DNA of 64,000 nucleotides from Octopus sinensis (Eukaryota): NCBI RefSeq assembly GCF_006345805.1, contig NC_043018.1, forward strand, positions 16,244,001 to 16,308,000. Direction: 5' to 3'. The notes beneath the pieces are model-generated. The model searched no databases and had not been told where the DNA came from. It worked only from the letters and a program-made list of their open reading frames with translations. Positions within the stretch are counted from its first letter, which is position 1, and each line of letters opens with the position of its first letter. Below, in pieces: positions 13,701 to 27,289 of the stretch. A program made the translations under genes and the position numbers.

Positions 13701-13830
13701 GTTTATGTACCATCGAGAAGGCTCAAATGTTAAAATACATCGAGCACTCGCGTTGATCGATGGTAGGACAAAGTTACGTCTCCCTCTGATATTTTATTTT
13801 TAACACAGTAAATCCATAAGATGTGAGGAT

Positions 13831-14216
13831 TGGAAGCACTCCGTCGGTTACGACGACGAGGGTTCCGGTTGATCCGAATCAACGGAACAGCCTGCTCGTG
13901 AAATTAACGTGTAAGTGGCTGAGCACTCCACAGACACGTGTACCCTTAACGTAGTTCTCGGGGATATTCAGTGTGACACAAAGTGTGACAAGGCCGGCCC
14001 TTTGAAATACAGGTACAACAGAAACAGGAAGTAAGAGTGAGAGAAAGTTGTGGTGAAAGAGTACAGCAGGGATCACCACCACCCCCTGCCAGGGCATCGT
14101 GGAGCCTTTAGGTGTTTTCGCTCAATAAACACTCACAACGCCCGGTCTAGGAATCGAAACCGCGATTCTATGACCGCGAGTCCGCTGCCCTAACTACTGG
14201 GCCATTGCATCTCCAC
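13831..14216 (-). mobile_element. tRNA-derived SINE family C, full length
   Basis: Head gtggagatgcaatggcccagtagttagggcagcggactcgcggtc..ggtttcgattcc. Copies at 33000-33337(-, head deletion), 63313-63672(+) and a diverged one at ~62790-63110(-). Confidence 0.85.
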
Positions 14217-15239
14217 TGTGAGGATTATTAACTGCAATAACAAGGCAATGGACAGTGAAACATACATGGATATTTTAATTAAACACAGTCTTAATTGCCT
14301 ATACCAGATTTTTATTCAGCCTGCGGTTATTTGGAATAGCAGTGAATGTAGAAAATTACTATTTTTGAATCTCAGAACGTGAGATATTCAGCAACAGTAC
14401 TTTGTAGTACCGATTGTTTGCCAACATATCATGACAGTCATGGTTTCGGCCGAATATTAATGTTGCTGTAATTTAGCCCCAAGAGACATTTGAACTAAGA
14501 ACGTAAGAATCATTACCGCACATTTTTAACGGCGCTGTAACGATTCTGCCAGCACGCCATCTTTGACAGTTCACATTTTATGAATTACAACTGAATCAGA
14601 GAAACGGTTGGATCCAGAGAGAGAGGGAAACGCTCAATATGTCAGGCCAAAAGTGCTTGACATCAAAATCTCACCTACTTTCGTTTCTTTATCCTCTGTT
14701 CTCCATTCTGCCGTAGCAAATGACAAGATTTTCAAGGAGATATTTCGTTTGCTTGTAACATTGTATAATACGAGATACAGATGAAGCAGAGCAGTTTGAT
14801 TTCTTTGGCAAAAATCTAGCGTATGCGCGTACAAATGTGTGTGTGTATGTATGTGTGTGTGTGTGGTGCATGCGCATGTGTGTCCATGCATACGTGCATG
14901 TGTATGTGAACGTGTCTGATTGAGTGGAGTGCGTGGATGCATGAAGGTATATTATATATATATACACATAATATATGTATATATATATATGTATATATAT
15001 ATTACATAATATTATATAATATATATATGTATATATATATATATATATATAATATATTATGATATATATGTATATATTTGCATATATATATATAGTGTAA
15101 TATATATATAATATATATATATAAAAAGAGCAATAAAAGATTCAAGTTAATTAAAAATTTACTTGAATATGGTACTAACTTAGATGCCACCAAAAAAAAA
15201 CAATACTGATTAAACAAACAGTAATGTGGGTGATTATAA

Positions 15240-15399
15240 GCGAGAAAGAAGCAACAAGAATGGATAGGTTTTTAGTACGATCGTTTCATACAAGGACAGG
15301 TTTTATTAAAAGTTGCAAAGTTGCAACTTTTATAAAAACCTGTCCTTGTATGAAACGATCGTACTAAAAAACCTATCCATCTTGTTGCTTCTTTCTCGC
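15240..15399. repeat. Near-perfect 160-bp palindrome (79-bp arms, 2-nt loop)
   Basis: 15240-15318 is the reverse complement of 15321-15399 except for two 1-bp indels and one small shift. Confidence 0.9.
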
Positions 15400-15400
15400 G

Positions 15401-15431
<31 letters not shown>

Positions 15432-15927
15432 AATATAATATATATACATACACACACACACACACAACACATATATATATATATCTATATATATATATAT
15501 ACTATTATAATATATATATTATATATATGTATGTGTGTGTGTGTGTGTACATATATTTTTTGGTAGAGCAGAAAGTGGTGCAAAGGTTGGTTTGAAACTG
15601 AACATCAAAAACACGCACTAATGCTTTGTCAATGGAGGATTTTAGAGACTTTTATGATTAAAGATCAAACATGATGGAATCAAAGAACGAGGTCACATTC
15701 GTTGGATTGAAGATGGTTGCCATAAGTGGGAGATGTTTATGCATCAGATTCAAGGAAGAATGGTTAGTGGCGTGATGTGGGGGGTTGGGAGTGAGGGTTT
15801 CCGAAAAGCACGAAAGATAAAGGGACTTATCTTGCTTCGAAGGAGAAATGAGAGAGAATTTTGAAGACAACCTTCGGTGAAAAAGATGGGAAGCTAAAAT
15901 TGGTTAGAACGGTGCCGAGTGATACGA

Positions 15928-16385
15928 CCATCATCATCATTATTGTTCGACCGTGGTCGAGACGATGGAATTTACGATGCTACGCCAGACTTCACGGTCC
16001 ATCATGGCATTACGGAGGTCCTGTTGCTGGATGCCTGTATCCCTGGAGATTACATCAGGGTAGGAGAGTGTACGCCCTCTGGTATTGCGAGTAGATGGCT
16101 TTCAGAGGAGAAGAGTAGAAATTACTTGTTTCAGCTCTACAACAATGTCCAGCAAACTGGACTCTCCTACCTTTCACAAGAGATGACACAGGTGGTAGTT
16201 CCCATATATTTGCATTTTGGTTGGACGGCGCTTCCACGAGAGATTTTGAGCTTTCATAAGGAGGCGAGTGTAGGTTCCATCCAACTGCCTCTCAAGCGTA
16301 TTTGATAACGTCCAGGTTTCTGAGCCATATAGTAGAATTGGTTCGACTGTGGCTTTGAATACGACCAACGAAACAACCTGCTTGT
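15928..16385 (-). mobile_element. RTE/RTEX-like LINE 3' fragment with (TGA)n tail
   Basis: FKATVEPILLYGSETWTL..LDGTYTRLL and RRVQFAGHC motifs of the RTE-group ORF2 C-terminus. Frameshifted; ends GTCGAACAATAATGATGATG. Confidence 0.8.
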
Positions 16386-16761
16386 AGAATTAACGCCCAA
16401 CAGACTCAGAACTCTCCAGACACACGTACCCTTAAAGAAATTCTCAGGGAAATTCAGAGTGACCCCGTATGTGCCGAGGCTGGTGTGTTTGATGTGGACT
16501 GGTACAACGTGAAATAAAATGTGTTGCTCGATACCGTATGGTTGCTATATTACATGAAGATGGCGGGTTGTATGCCATAATGTAATCTGTGAATATATCA
16601 AACAAATTTTACCGAAACAGCTGTCGTAGATTTAAACCCCATTTCTGTACTTTTATATACATACTACATACATATACCTTACCTACCATACTTACATAAA
16701 ATAATACATACATACATACACATACACAGAGACACACACACACACACATCTAATATGTATG

Positions 16762-16798
<37 letters not shown>

Positions 16799-16816
16799 TA
16801 ATATATGATATATATA

Positions 16817-16855
<39 letters not shown>

Positions 16856-17280
16856 TATATATTTAAGGCGGCGAGCTGGCAGACCGTTAGCGCGCGGGCG
16901 GAATGTTAGCGGTATTTATATATATATATATGACGGGATTCTTTCAGTTTCTACAAGCGAATCCACGCACAAGGCTGTGGTCGGATCGAGGCCATAATAG
17001 AATACATTTACCAAGATGCCACGCAGTAGGACTGAACCCAGCGCTATTTGGGAGGGAAGCAAACTTCTACCAACACAGCACACAAGTGCGCCATGTGTTG
17101 GGGTGTATTCATACATTATATATATATACCACACGAATACATACATTCCTACATATATATATGTAGTATTGATATATATATATATATATATATTTATTAT
17201 ATATATATATATATATAATATAATATATATATATATGTATATGCAATATATATGTATGTATATATATATATATCTATATA

Positions 17281-17337
<57 letters not shown>

Positions 17338-17616
17338 CTCTCTCTCTTCTCTCTATCTATCTATATTATCTCTCTCTCTCTCTATCTATCTCTCTCTCTC
17401 TCTATCTATCCTTATATTTTATTTGCGCAAAAAAAACCCAAACACGGCCCTTCTACTTCTCTTGCTGGCTACCACTTGTTAATACCTGTAATTTTCATAG
17501 GTATTTGGATATTACTATTACTATATTATTATTATTATTATTATATTATTATATTATTATTATTATTATCATTATTATTATATTTTATTATTTATTATTA
17601 TTATTATTATTATTAT

Positions 17617-17667
<51 letters not shown>

Positions 17668-18465
17668 CAACAATGATAACATTAACAACGACAAAATCTC
17701 CTACAGCCAGATATTTGCCATTTGATTTTATTTCTCCCGTTTTTTTAAATTCCAGCTGAGCCTATAAGATATTTCTGACTGAAATACTGATATTATAGTG
17801 AAATTATACTAAATCCAGCATAATTTAATGGCTGCGAGATATGTTGCATTCTTCAAAGGAAAGACATTGAATTCGAATTTACCATAACGTTCTACCAATA
17901 AATACCAATTATACTACATATGACTTTCATCCAAGCTGTCCCATTATTCTATTTCAATACCTCGCGGTATGTTAAATGAGCAATTTAATAACTATCAGAT
18001 TCTCGTTTACAACTAAAACATACTTATATTTATATAAAACCTATTTATAGTTAAGGCGTTATTAGATGACTTTGCTGTTATGCGCATTATGCAAATTATT
18101 CTGGCAATTATTTCGCTGTTGCGAAATTTATTTTTGATTTAAATAGCGATTACTATACCATTCGATTCCCTTCTTCTGCGAGGGGAACTTGGGTAGGGTG
18201 TTATTTATCATATAAGGAGAGGCCAATCTGTCTTAAAGTACAACCAAAGTATTTTCCATTAATTTATGTCTGCGTTTGTCCCCGACCACAGCTTGATAAC
18301 CGGTGTGGGTGTATTTACGTCCCCGTAACTGAAAGCTTCGGTAAAAAAAAAGACTGATAGAATAAGTACCAGGCCTTACAAATAATAGATCTAAACGGAT
18401 TCCCAGAGGCACTGATGTGCAGGGCACAGGAACAAGCTCTGAGAGCTAATTATACCAAGTTTCAA

Positions 18466-18826
18466 GGCGCAGGAGTGGCTGTGTGGTAAGTAGCTTGCTA
18501 ACCAACCACATGGTCCGGGTTCAGTCCCACTGCGTGGAATCTTGGGCAAGTGTCTTCTCGCTATAGCCTCGGGCCGACCAATGCCTTGTGAGTGGATTTG
18601 GTAGACGGAAACTGAAAAGAGCCCGTCCGTATAATGTATAATATATATGTGTGTGTATGTGTTTGTGTCTGTGTTTGTCCCCCTAGCATTGCTTGACAAC
18701 CGACGCTGGTGTGTTTACGCCCCCGTCACTTAGCGGTTCGGCAAAAGAGACCGATAGAATAAGTACTGGCGGTGCTCCAGCATGGCCACAGTCAAATGAC
18801 TGAAACAAGTAAAAGAGTAAAAGAGT
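18466..18826 (+). mobile_element. SINE family A, near full length
   Basis: Near-identical to the reverse complement of 1106-1472 apart from an internal deletion. Tail gaaacaagtaaaagagtaaaagag. Confidence 0.85.
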
Positions 18827-19511
18827 GAATTGCCTCTTCGTAGGATGTGTGGCAGCAAACACGAAACAATCTCACATATTGTGAGTGGGTGTAGCAAACT
18901 GGCCCCAAAAATGCTACAAGAGGAGGCACGATAACGTGACGAAGTTTGTTTACTGGAGACTGTGTGAAAAGCACAGTCGGGGCACAGTAAGGAATGGCAC
19001 AAACATAAACCAGAGGGTGTCATTGACAACAACGAATATATAATCCTGTCGGAGTATACAACTCAAAGTGCTCGGACACTAGACATTGTTGTGGTGCATA
19101 AAAAAAAGGTGACCAAGATCATAGATATTTTTCTACTCTAGGAACAAGGCTCGACCCCAGTGCGCAACTGGTACTTAATTTATCGATCCCGAAAGAATGA
19201 AAGGCAAAGTCAACCTCGTCGTGATTTGAACTCAGAACATAAAGACAGAGGAAATACCTATTTCTTTATTACCCACAAGGGGCTAAACACAGAGGGGACA
19301 AACAAGGACAGACATAGGTATTAAGTCGATTAGCTCGACCCCAGTGCGCAACTGGTACTTAATTTATCGATCCCGAAAGAATGAAAGGCAAAGTCGACCT
19401 TGTCGGGATTTGAACTCAGAACGTAAAGACAGACGAAATACCGCTAAGCATTTCACCCGGCGTGGTAACATTTCTGTCAGCTCGCCGTCAGGATCACAGA
19501 TATTGCCATAC

Positions 19512-19585
<74 letters not shown>

Positions 19586-19754
19586 GCTGCTCATGTATTT
19601 TAATTTAACTTAGAAAAAAAAAATGAACGAACAATTGAGTTTGGTTTAATGGCCTACCAATGTATACTATGAGTTTCTTTGCCCTAGGAGTCGGGAAGAC
19701 ACTCGGCAAGAAATGGAAGCAAATTTGAAAGAAGAAAAAATAATAATAATAATA

Positions 19755-20190
19755 AATGGCGCTTACAGTTTTAACATCACTAAATGTACTCTTACTGAAT
19801 CCAACGCCAGGACGAGAAGCCAAGAAAATTATTTATATCCAGGAACCAGCCCCAACCTATGGCCGTCTGTATCTTTATAGAAGCGGTGGGTGGGAGAAGA
19901 GGAATGATGTAATTAGAACTGTGCTATAAGACCTCTACTATAGGGAAGAACAGGTACTTATCTAGTACAGAGGACCGGATGCTGCGACTTTTGTGCGAAC
20001 ATGGAAGCAACAAAAGTCAAACTATTGTCAAAAAATGCTCACAAATTCGAAAGGGAACTTGGCATTAACCATGAATTAGGTGAGGACTCCGAAACCATTG
20101 CGATCAAGGAAGCAAATCGAATCAAGCAGCCTGCAAAAAAGAACGAGCTGAAACAAACTGAAAAGCAGTGGAGCCAGAAGACCCTGTATG
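19755..20190 (+). mobile_element. Degraded internal R4/Dong fragment starting right after a short (TAA)n
   Basis: Remnants AYSFNITKCTLTE, RLYLYR..RGMM.LELCYKTSTIG..YLSSTEDRMLRL and KQWSQKTLYG align by eye with TYSFNIVNWSITE, RLYLPRKEGGRGLLQL..ATIGLDTYLKNSEDWMLKL and KWQEKPLYG of the 34.4-kb element. Confidence 0.65.
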
Positions 20191-20425
20191 GTGTGATTGG
20201 GTATTTTTAGAATTACATTGTAGGGTAAGTATGAGAGGTCATATCTGGTCAGTTTCCACATAGAATAAAGAGAATATCTGGACTAGGTTTGGACGTTTTG
20301 AATACTAAAGGATAGCGTTTGGTATAACATTTCTTCTACAGCGAGTTATTTAAGTATTATCGATTGAGAAATGGCCATCAAACAACCATAAAACACGTTA
20401 GAATTATTTCTTATTTTGTCTTTGT

Positions 20426-20470
<45 letters not shown>

Positions 20471-21888
20471 CGCAAATAAATGAAAAACGAAAACAAGGTT
20501 ATGCTTACATTTGTCTCTACAGTGTAGACGCTAGAAATTCTCAGCTTACCAGATTGCATATTAAAGTTTATTTTCAACTTCTTAACTTATGCTTTTTTCT
20601 TCGTATGTCATTGAATTTTATGTGTATGCTTGCATGAAAGCCTGATAACATTTCAGTATGTATTCTCTACTCACCAACGTATTCCCGCGATGATAACGCT
20701 GTTTACAGAATGCATGTAATTGTATATTCCTGATAAAATATCCCCCATCGAATCTGAATATATTTGAATTTTTATGAATTGAAGAGCTTCCGTTATGAAT
20801 AATTTTGTCGTCAAAACATGTTTTATGTTTTGTGCGCTGATAACAAGATATACGTACTTACATTACTACACACACTCATAAACACGCTCATGCATTTGTT
20901 ATACAAGTATTGAATATATTCAGTAACCAAAGAGTGTAGTGAGATCTGACTATATATATGCATAAATATTTAGCAGAAAGTAACACAGTGACTCACGATC
21001 CGACTCTTTCGTGTGTTAGTACTTATCAAACTAGTTACAGGTCGAAGAGTTGCCAGGTTATTTATGGACATGGTGAGAATAACATTTTCCTCTGTATTGT
21101 TCAAAGATCGAATTTTAAATTACTACAATGTCACGAAGATAATCCTTATTTTTCAAATACTTTGCACGTTGTGTTGTTCAATAGGTGAATACGTAAATAA
21201 AAGCAGAAGTAAAGAAATAAAGGGACTAAAAACGCAAGCATAACCTGCATTATAATCTCGCATACCATGGCTGGTATTTTACTTTATCGAATTTGAAAGA
21301 ATGGAAGGCAAAGCTGACATCGGCGGAATACAAATATACACAATTAATAACATAATTTTAAACAATGTTTACCCTAAATCATTCAGAACGATATGAGCTA
21401 CGGTAATATTTATATTCTGGGTTTTATAAATTGAATTTGCTGCCAGGTTTGTGTCAAGGCAACACACAGACAGATAGACACACACACACACAGACACATA
21501 CGCAAACAAGTACGTATGTATGTATGTATGTATGTATGTATGTATGTATGTATGTATGTATGTATGTATGTATGTATGTATGTATGTATTCCTACTTCTG
21601 ACACAAAGCAGAGGAACCATGGTGTAACCCACTATGGTGTGGTTAAACTTTCAGACCCTAGTCTAGATTGCAAATCCTCCGTACTACAGGATGGTTCAGC
21701 CCTCCACCCGTTAAAAGCCACCGCTTACAGGATGAGGGTTACAATGTAGCTTTCGCGCCCGTGCAAACGCCAGTCTATTGCGTGTGGTGGTGGGTGGATG
21801 TTCAAGTTGCCATACGCAATTTTTAATAGCTTAGAGTAGGCTCGAACTAGAGATTATTCTTTGTGGCTAATGGCGTGAGTCCTGATTG

Positions 21889-22090
21889 GAAGAAGAAGAA
21901 GAAGGAGGAGGAGGAGGAGAAGAAGAAGAAGAAGAGGATCAAGAAGAAGAAGAAAAAGAAGAAGATGAAGAAGGAGGAGAAGAAGAAGAAAAAAAAGAAG
22001 AAGAAGAAGAAGGAGGAGAAGAAGAAGAAGAAGAAGAAGAAGAAGAAGAAGACGAAGAAGAAGAAGAAGAAGAAGAAGAAGAAGAAGAAG
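21889..22090. repeat. (GAA/GGA)n array, 37 bp from an exon donor
   Basis: Direct inspection. It reads (CTT)n on the gene's sense strand. Confidence 0.9.
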
Positions 22091-22126
22091 ACGACAACAA
22101 CAACAACACTGAAAGAAATTGCTCAC

Positions 22127-22282
22127 CATTTTCATTTCTCTTTTCATTTTATGGGTGACGACAAAATTTTTCTTTTCGTACATTTTCAAAGCAACAATTT
22201 GTCCTTTATAGTTGCCGGTTCTAGCATAGACTTGCGTCATTGTAGTTCTCGAATCAAGTGACAGACGACTGCTCAAAGAATA
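22127..22282 (-). CDS. Receptor guanylyl cyclase kinase-homology domain exon: YSLSSRLSLDSRTTMTQVYARTGNYKGQIVALKMYEKKNFVVTHKMKREMKM
   Basis: Acceptor ttcttcatccgcag|TAT, donor ATG|gtgagc, 156 nt = 52 codons. Carries the G.YKG..VA.K motif of the rGC kinase-homology domain. Confidence 0.92.
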
Positions 22283-22528
22283 CTGCGGATGAAGAAGGAA
22301 ACTTGAATAAATAAACCAGATTCTAAATTATTTGTAATCGAAGCAGTGATTTAGATAATATTATAGAAAACGAGACGTGTTTTAGGTAAATGGATGCAGC
22401 TTTGGTTGTGTGATTAAGAAGATCGCTGTATGTATGTATGTATGTATGTATGTATGTATGTATGTATGTATGTATGTATGCGTGTGTGTGTATGTGTCTA
22501 TGCATGTATGTGTGCGTTTGTGTGTATG

Positions 22529-22562
<34 letters not shown>

Positions 22563-23144
22563 TGTATGTATGTGTGTATGCATGTATGTGTGTGTTTGTG
22601 TGTATGCATATATATATATGTATGTGTGTATGTGTGTGTTTGTGTATATGTATATGTGTAAGTATGTGTGTATGTATGTGTCTGTATGTGTGAACGTGTT
22701 TGTATGTATGTATGCGTGTGTGTGTATATATATATATGTGTGTGTATGTATATATGTATGTGTGTATGTATGTGTTTATGTATGTGTGTATGTATGTGTC
22801 TTTATGTGTGTCTTCATGAAGGTCTACGTATGTATGCGTGAATGTGTTTGTATGTATGCGTATGTATATGTATGCGTATGTATATGTATGCGTGTTTATT
22901 ATAGTAATTATCAGAAGATTGTCTTTTTTCGCTTCTTGGAGCGGTCAACGCGTTGTGTCCTTGAGCAAAACACTTCATTTCACGTTGCTTCCAGTCCACT
23001 CAGCTGGCAAAAATGAGTACATACATACATACATCTCACACACACATATATATATATATATACACACACGATGGCCTTCCATACAGTTACCCTACACAAC
23101 GCATTGCGCGGCCTGGGTGGAATGTATTTCATAGAATTACTTAC

Positions 23145-23247
23145 TTTGCTCTCGGATTTGCATTCCGGTTTATCAGAATCAATATGAAGCTCTGAGGAAC
23201 AGATCTTCCACAGCAGACCAGCGATAGCTTGTTCATACCGCCATTTT
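23145..23247 (-). CDS. Receptor guanylyl cyclase juxtamembrane cytoplasmic exon: KWRYEQAIAGLLWKICSSELHIDSDKPECKSESK
   Basis: Acceptor cacag|A, donor AAA|gtaagt, 103 nt (phase 2 to 0). The WRYEQ.I..LLWKI motif is typical of invertebrate Gyc76C-like receptor GCs. Confidence 0.92.
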
Positions 23248-24453
23248 CTGTGAATGAAATAAAACAGTACGATAAACGAGGCCATGTTGTGATATATTAC
23301 ATCTCTTGAAACGCTATAGAGTAAACATTTTTTAAATACGAGTTTTCCTTCCCCCAGATGAAATTCTTACAAGAACTAGGGGACTTTCAGTTTTAGTTGT
23401 TTTAAACCCATAGCTGGGAGTCTACTAACAAGTGTTATTACTCCGGGGCAGGGTTGACATGGGAACAATAGTGACGAAGAGGTTGTTCTACACCCCTCAA
23501 TACTCTAGAACTCCCGTACCAGGACATAGAAATAAAGCAGTGAAAATTAAGGTGTGTTGAAAGGGGAAAGAAAACAAAGAGAGCAAAATGCAGCTAAAAG
23601 TAAAAGTAATAATAAAAGCTTGTAATTTTTTGTTTATTACTTTTTTAGTCTTTATGCAGCGGCCATTCTGGGGCCTCGAGAGGTGTAGTTAAACACATCG
23701 ACACAAGTACTTATATATTTTAAAGTCTAGTACTTAGTTTGTCTTCATCTTTTGCCGAACCGATTTTGTAGGAACAAACACAACCACACACATGCACACA
23801 AGTACACACATATACACATATATGTGTGGACACGACGGGTTTCTTTCAGTTTCCACGCAGTAGGACTGAACCCAGAACCTTACAATTGGGGAACAAACTT
23901 GTTGCCATTCTGCCACGACTAATTTATTGATTTCTTTTTAAATATATTTTATTTGTATTATTTGAGGTTAGTAGCATTAAAAGTAAATTGAGCAGTTCAT
24001 TCCAGGAATTTATTGCCAACGTAAAGTTAATTCCGAGAAAGATTGCAATTAATTAACTTTTGTCCCTGAAACCAAATTAAATCCAGTCAAGTGTAAAGTT
24101 ATTTTAAACGAAATTCATTGAATAAGCTTCGGCTGATTATAATTAAAGGGCTCTGGCTGTGAGCTGGTAGAATGGCTAGTACGTCGAGCATAATGCTTAG
24201 CGGCATTTCTGCCGGTTCTTTGCGTTTTCGGTTCAAATTCTGTCGAGGTCGGATTTGTCTTGAATCTTTTCTGGGTCCATGAATTAAGTTCCAGTCGAAC
24301 ACTGGGGTCGATGTAATCAGCTTACTCCAGCGCGCCGGGCAAAATGCTTTTCGGCATTTCGCCCGTCTTTATGTTCTGAGTTTAAATTCCGCCGATCGCT
24401 GCTTTGCCTTTTATCCCTTCGGGGTCGATAAATTAAGTGAAACAAAAAAATAT

Positions 24454-24488
<35 letters not shown>

Positions 24489-26806
24489 TATTTCACCATC
24501 ATATCGATTGAATATAGGCGTTGGTTTGTTTACGTTCCTACAACCTTACGCGGTACCGCAAAGGGTGCGATAGAATAAGTACCAAAAGTTTAAAATAAAA
24601 ATTTTGTGTTCGATTTATTCGGCTATATATTCCTTGAATGTGTAACTCCAGCATGGCCTCAGTCCAATGACTCAAACGAACCAAGATTAAAAGATACAGC
24701 CACAAACGGCCACATATTTTGCTCTTTCGATGAAACTCGATGCATTTTGTTGTAATTCCTGTAACAGGTTGGAAGACGTTTTCTTATTATTCATCTGCAG
24801 AATTCGTTCTTAACACGAAAGAGAGACAGGTGTTTTTGTTCGAACAATTTTTATCGCTTAAGACTCTTGCTGTCTTTTATTCGTATTTACACAAAAAGCG
24901 GACAATACATACTGCAGAAATAAATGTGTTTAAATTAATGTATCCTCGTCTATAGTTACTTATTCTTCTTACCTATAATCTTCAACGATGCATAGCAACA
25001 CTATTTCTTGATAGCTCGCAGTTAAAATACTGTTATTTATTCAGCTATAACGTACTTAAATAAATCTTTATTACAGTCGCCATAACAAGTTCGTGTTTTA
25101 TTTCATTTGTTTATGAACACCTATGTGTTACCGCTAGCACTCAACGACATCTTAGTATAATAATAGTACTGTACATTCTGTCAACAACATCCGCGTATGT
25201 TTTTATCATTTCCTAAAGTATTGCCTTTATTTTTAGAAATTTCCCGAATCTGATGTCACTTTTGTAATTAGTTATTAGAATGCTCCAAGGAGTCCTCATT
25301 CTGCGGTTATTTCTAAAACTTCCCCGAGCAAAATATGATTTGCAAATTCTCTCTAAGAATTTTCCGAATGAAATTCAATTTGAACTTTGCAAGTGAGATT
25401 GTTTTTATAAGCGCAGGCATATTTAACGGACTTTGGAATATTCGAGAATTGTTATCCGTCATATACGACCTTTACGAATGCTAAGAATATTTTCATCTAT
25501 ATTTTCACGCAGAATCAAAGCTCTCTCCCTCTCCAAACCTAAGCCTCGCCTTGTAACTCAACACTAAAGTTGCTTCTACGAACTTCACAGTAACTTCCGG
25601 TACACTCCTCTTCAATTCCGATGACACTGCATTTGTTGTCCGTTTTTGCTTTTAATTTCACACAACACTCTCACAAAACTTCTTATAATCTCTGGACTCG
25701 ACTGCTTTCCTTATCACAAGGAATCTTTTCCATCATCTTTACCAATAAGAACAAATCCCAGCCTGCCGTCGAACAAGCAAAACACATACATGGAGTATAC
25801 GCGCTCGATAATGTTTACAACACTAGTGCTGCTTCTAATCCATATCTGAATTTATTCTTAGATATGCATCGTCATGGCACACCAGCAAACAATCCTTACA
25901 CTATTTGTATATAGTCATTAATGTGACAGGCGATTCAATTCGCCTGCTTTTCGTGATGTTGATATACCATAAAAATGGCGAAACATCCATGTCTAACTGT
26001 CTTGAATGGGATTTGGCGCAAGTTAACTTGTCTGTCTTTGATTTTCCGGTATTTAAACACCCGACACATTGGGTGAGTCATCACCGCCGCGCCATATCTT
26101 AGCCTATCGGCGAACAACCAGGGTTCATACTTTAAGTGTATGTATTCAATAATATATATATACATGTGTGTATGTGTGTGTGAGTGTGTGTGTGTGTGTG
26201 TGGTGATATGAGTAAACCTTGCGATTGAATTTGACACAAGAATTATTTCTTTCACTTGTCGTTCTGATCACGCCTGGCAAAAAAAAAAACTCCTATGATA
26301 CATTATCTCTATCTTTTATCTTTTAAACCAGGGATTTTCCCGTCAGGTCGTTCCAACGTAGTATATGCTAATAGTATCTATCCAACCTGGAAACTATCAA
26401 CTTTGCTTAAGGAACAATCCACGTAGTGGTGCTTCTCATATATGTGAGACAAATTTGCTTTCGACACAAGCGAGTGTCGTAGATTTACTTACAGGAGTTT
26501 TCACTCAACGATTTGCTTCAAGTACAAGGTCAAAACCGTTCTGAACGACTTACGGTTTTTGAATTGACATGATGAAAAAAGAAAAAAAAATACAAAACAA
26601 TATGATTGAAGGCTGAACATTGTTTTGATATGTTTGAAACAGTTTTTGTTTTTGATGTCGTTGATTCCCTCGACCCTCCACCATACAAGACGGCACTTAG
26701 TGAGCACAGTATCACATCATATACACTTTTGTGGCACTTTGTATGCACTGACGGTTGACAGGACATAATACGTGCGCGCGCGTGTGTGTACATACATACA
26801 TACATA

Positions 26807-26837
<31 letters not shown>

Positions 26838-26942
26838 AATACATACATATATGTACACGCACACATATATTGACATACATATGTGTATATATAAATATCT
26901 GTACATGTGTGTGGATATATATATATATATATACATATACAT

Positions 26943-26974
<32 letters not shown>

Positions 26975-27222
26975 GTATACATACGCGCATCATTTTTTAG
27001 TGAGAGATTGATGACAGCGTATATATGTGCGTATAGACATACGTACATTTTATATATATGAGTGTGTATATGCATGTATGTATATATGTATGCTTGTATA
27101 CATGCACATATATCTATGTATACACACAAAAACACACATATATATATACATACACAGCTTATATAGAGTGATACATTACAATGTGTGTATGTATGTATGT
27201 ATATATATATACAAATACATAA

Positions 27223-27289
<67 letters not shown>

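Noticed and set aside
15650-15900. Possible degraded Penelope/GIY-YIG remnant (LPLMATIFN resembling LPVA.HFN)
   Set aside because: The similarity is too short and decayed to support by eye.
24973-25029. Alternative candidate for the TM exon (ends ..TATAG|gtaag)
   Set aside because: Wrong length phase (57 nt) and not hydrophobic; 31733-31811 fits both criteria.
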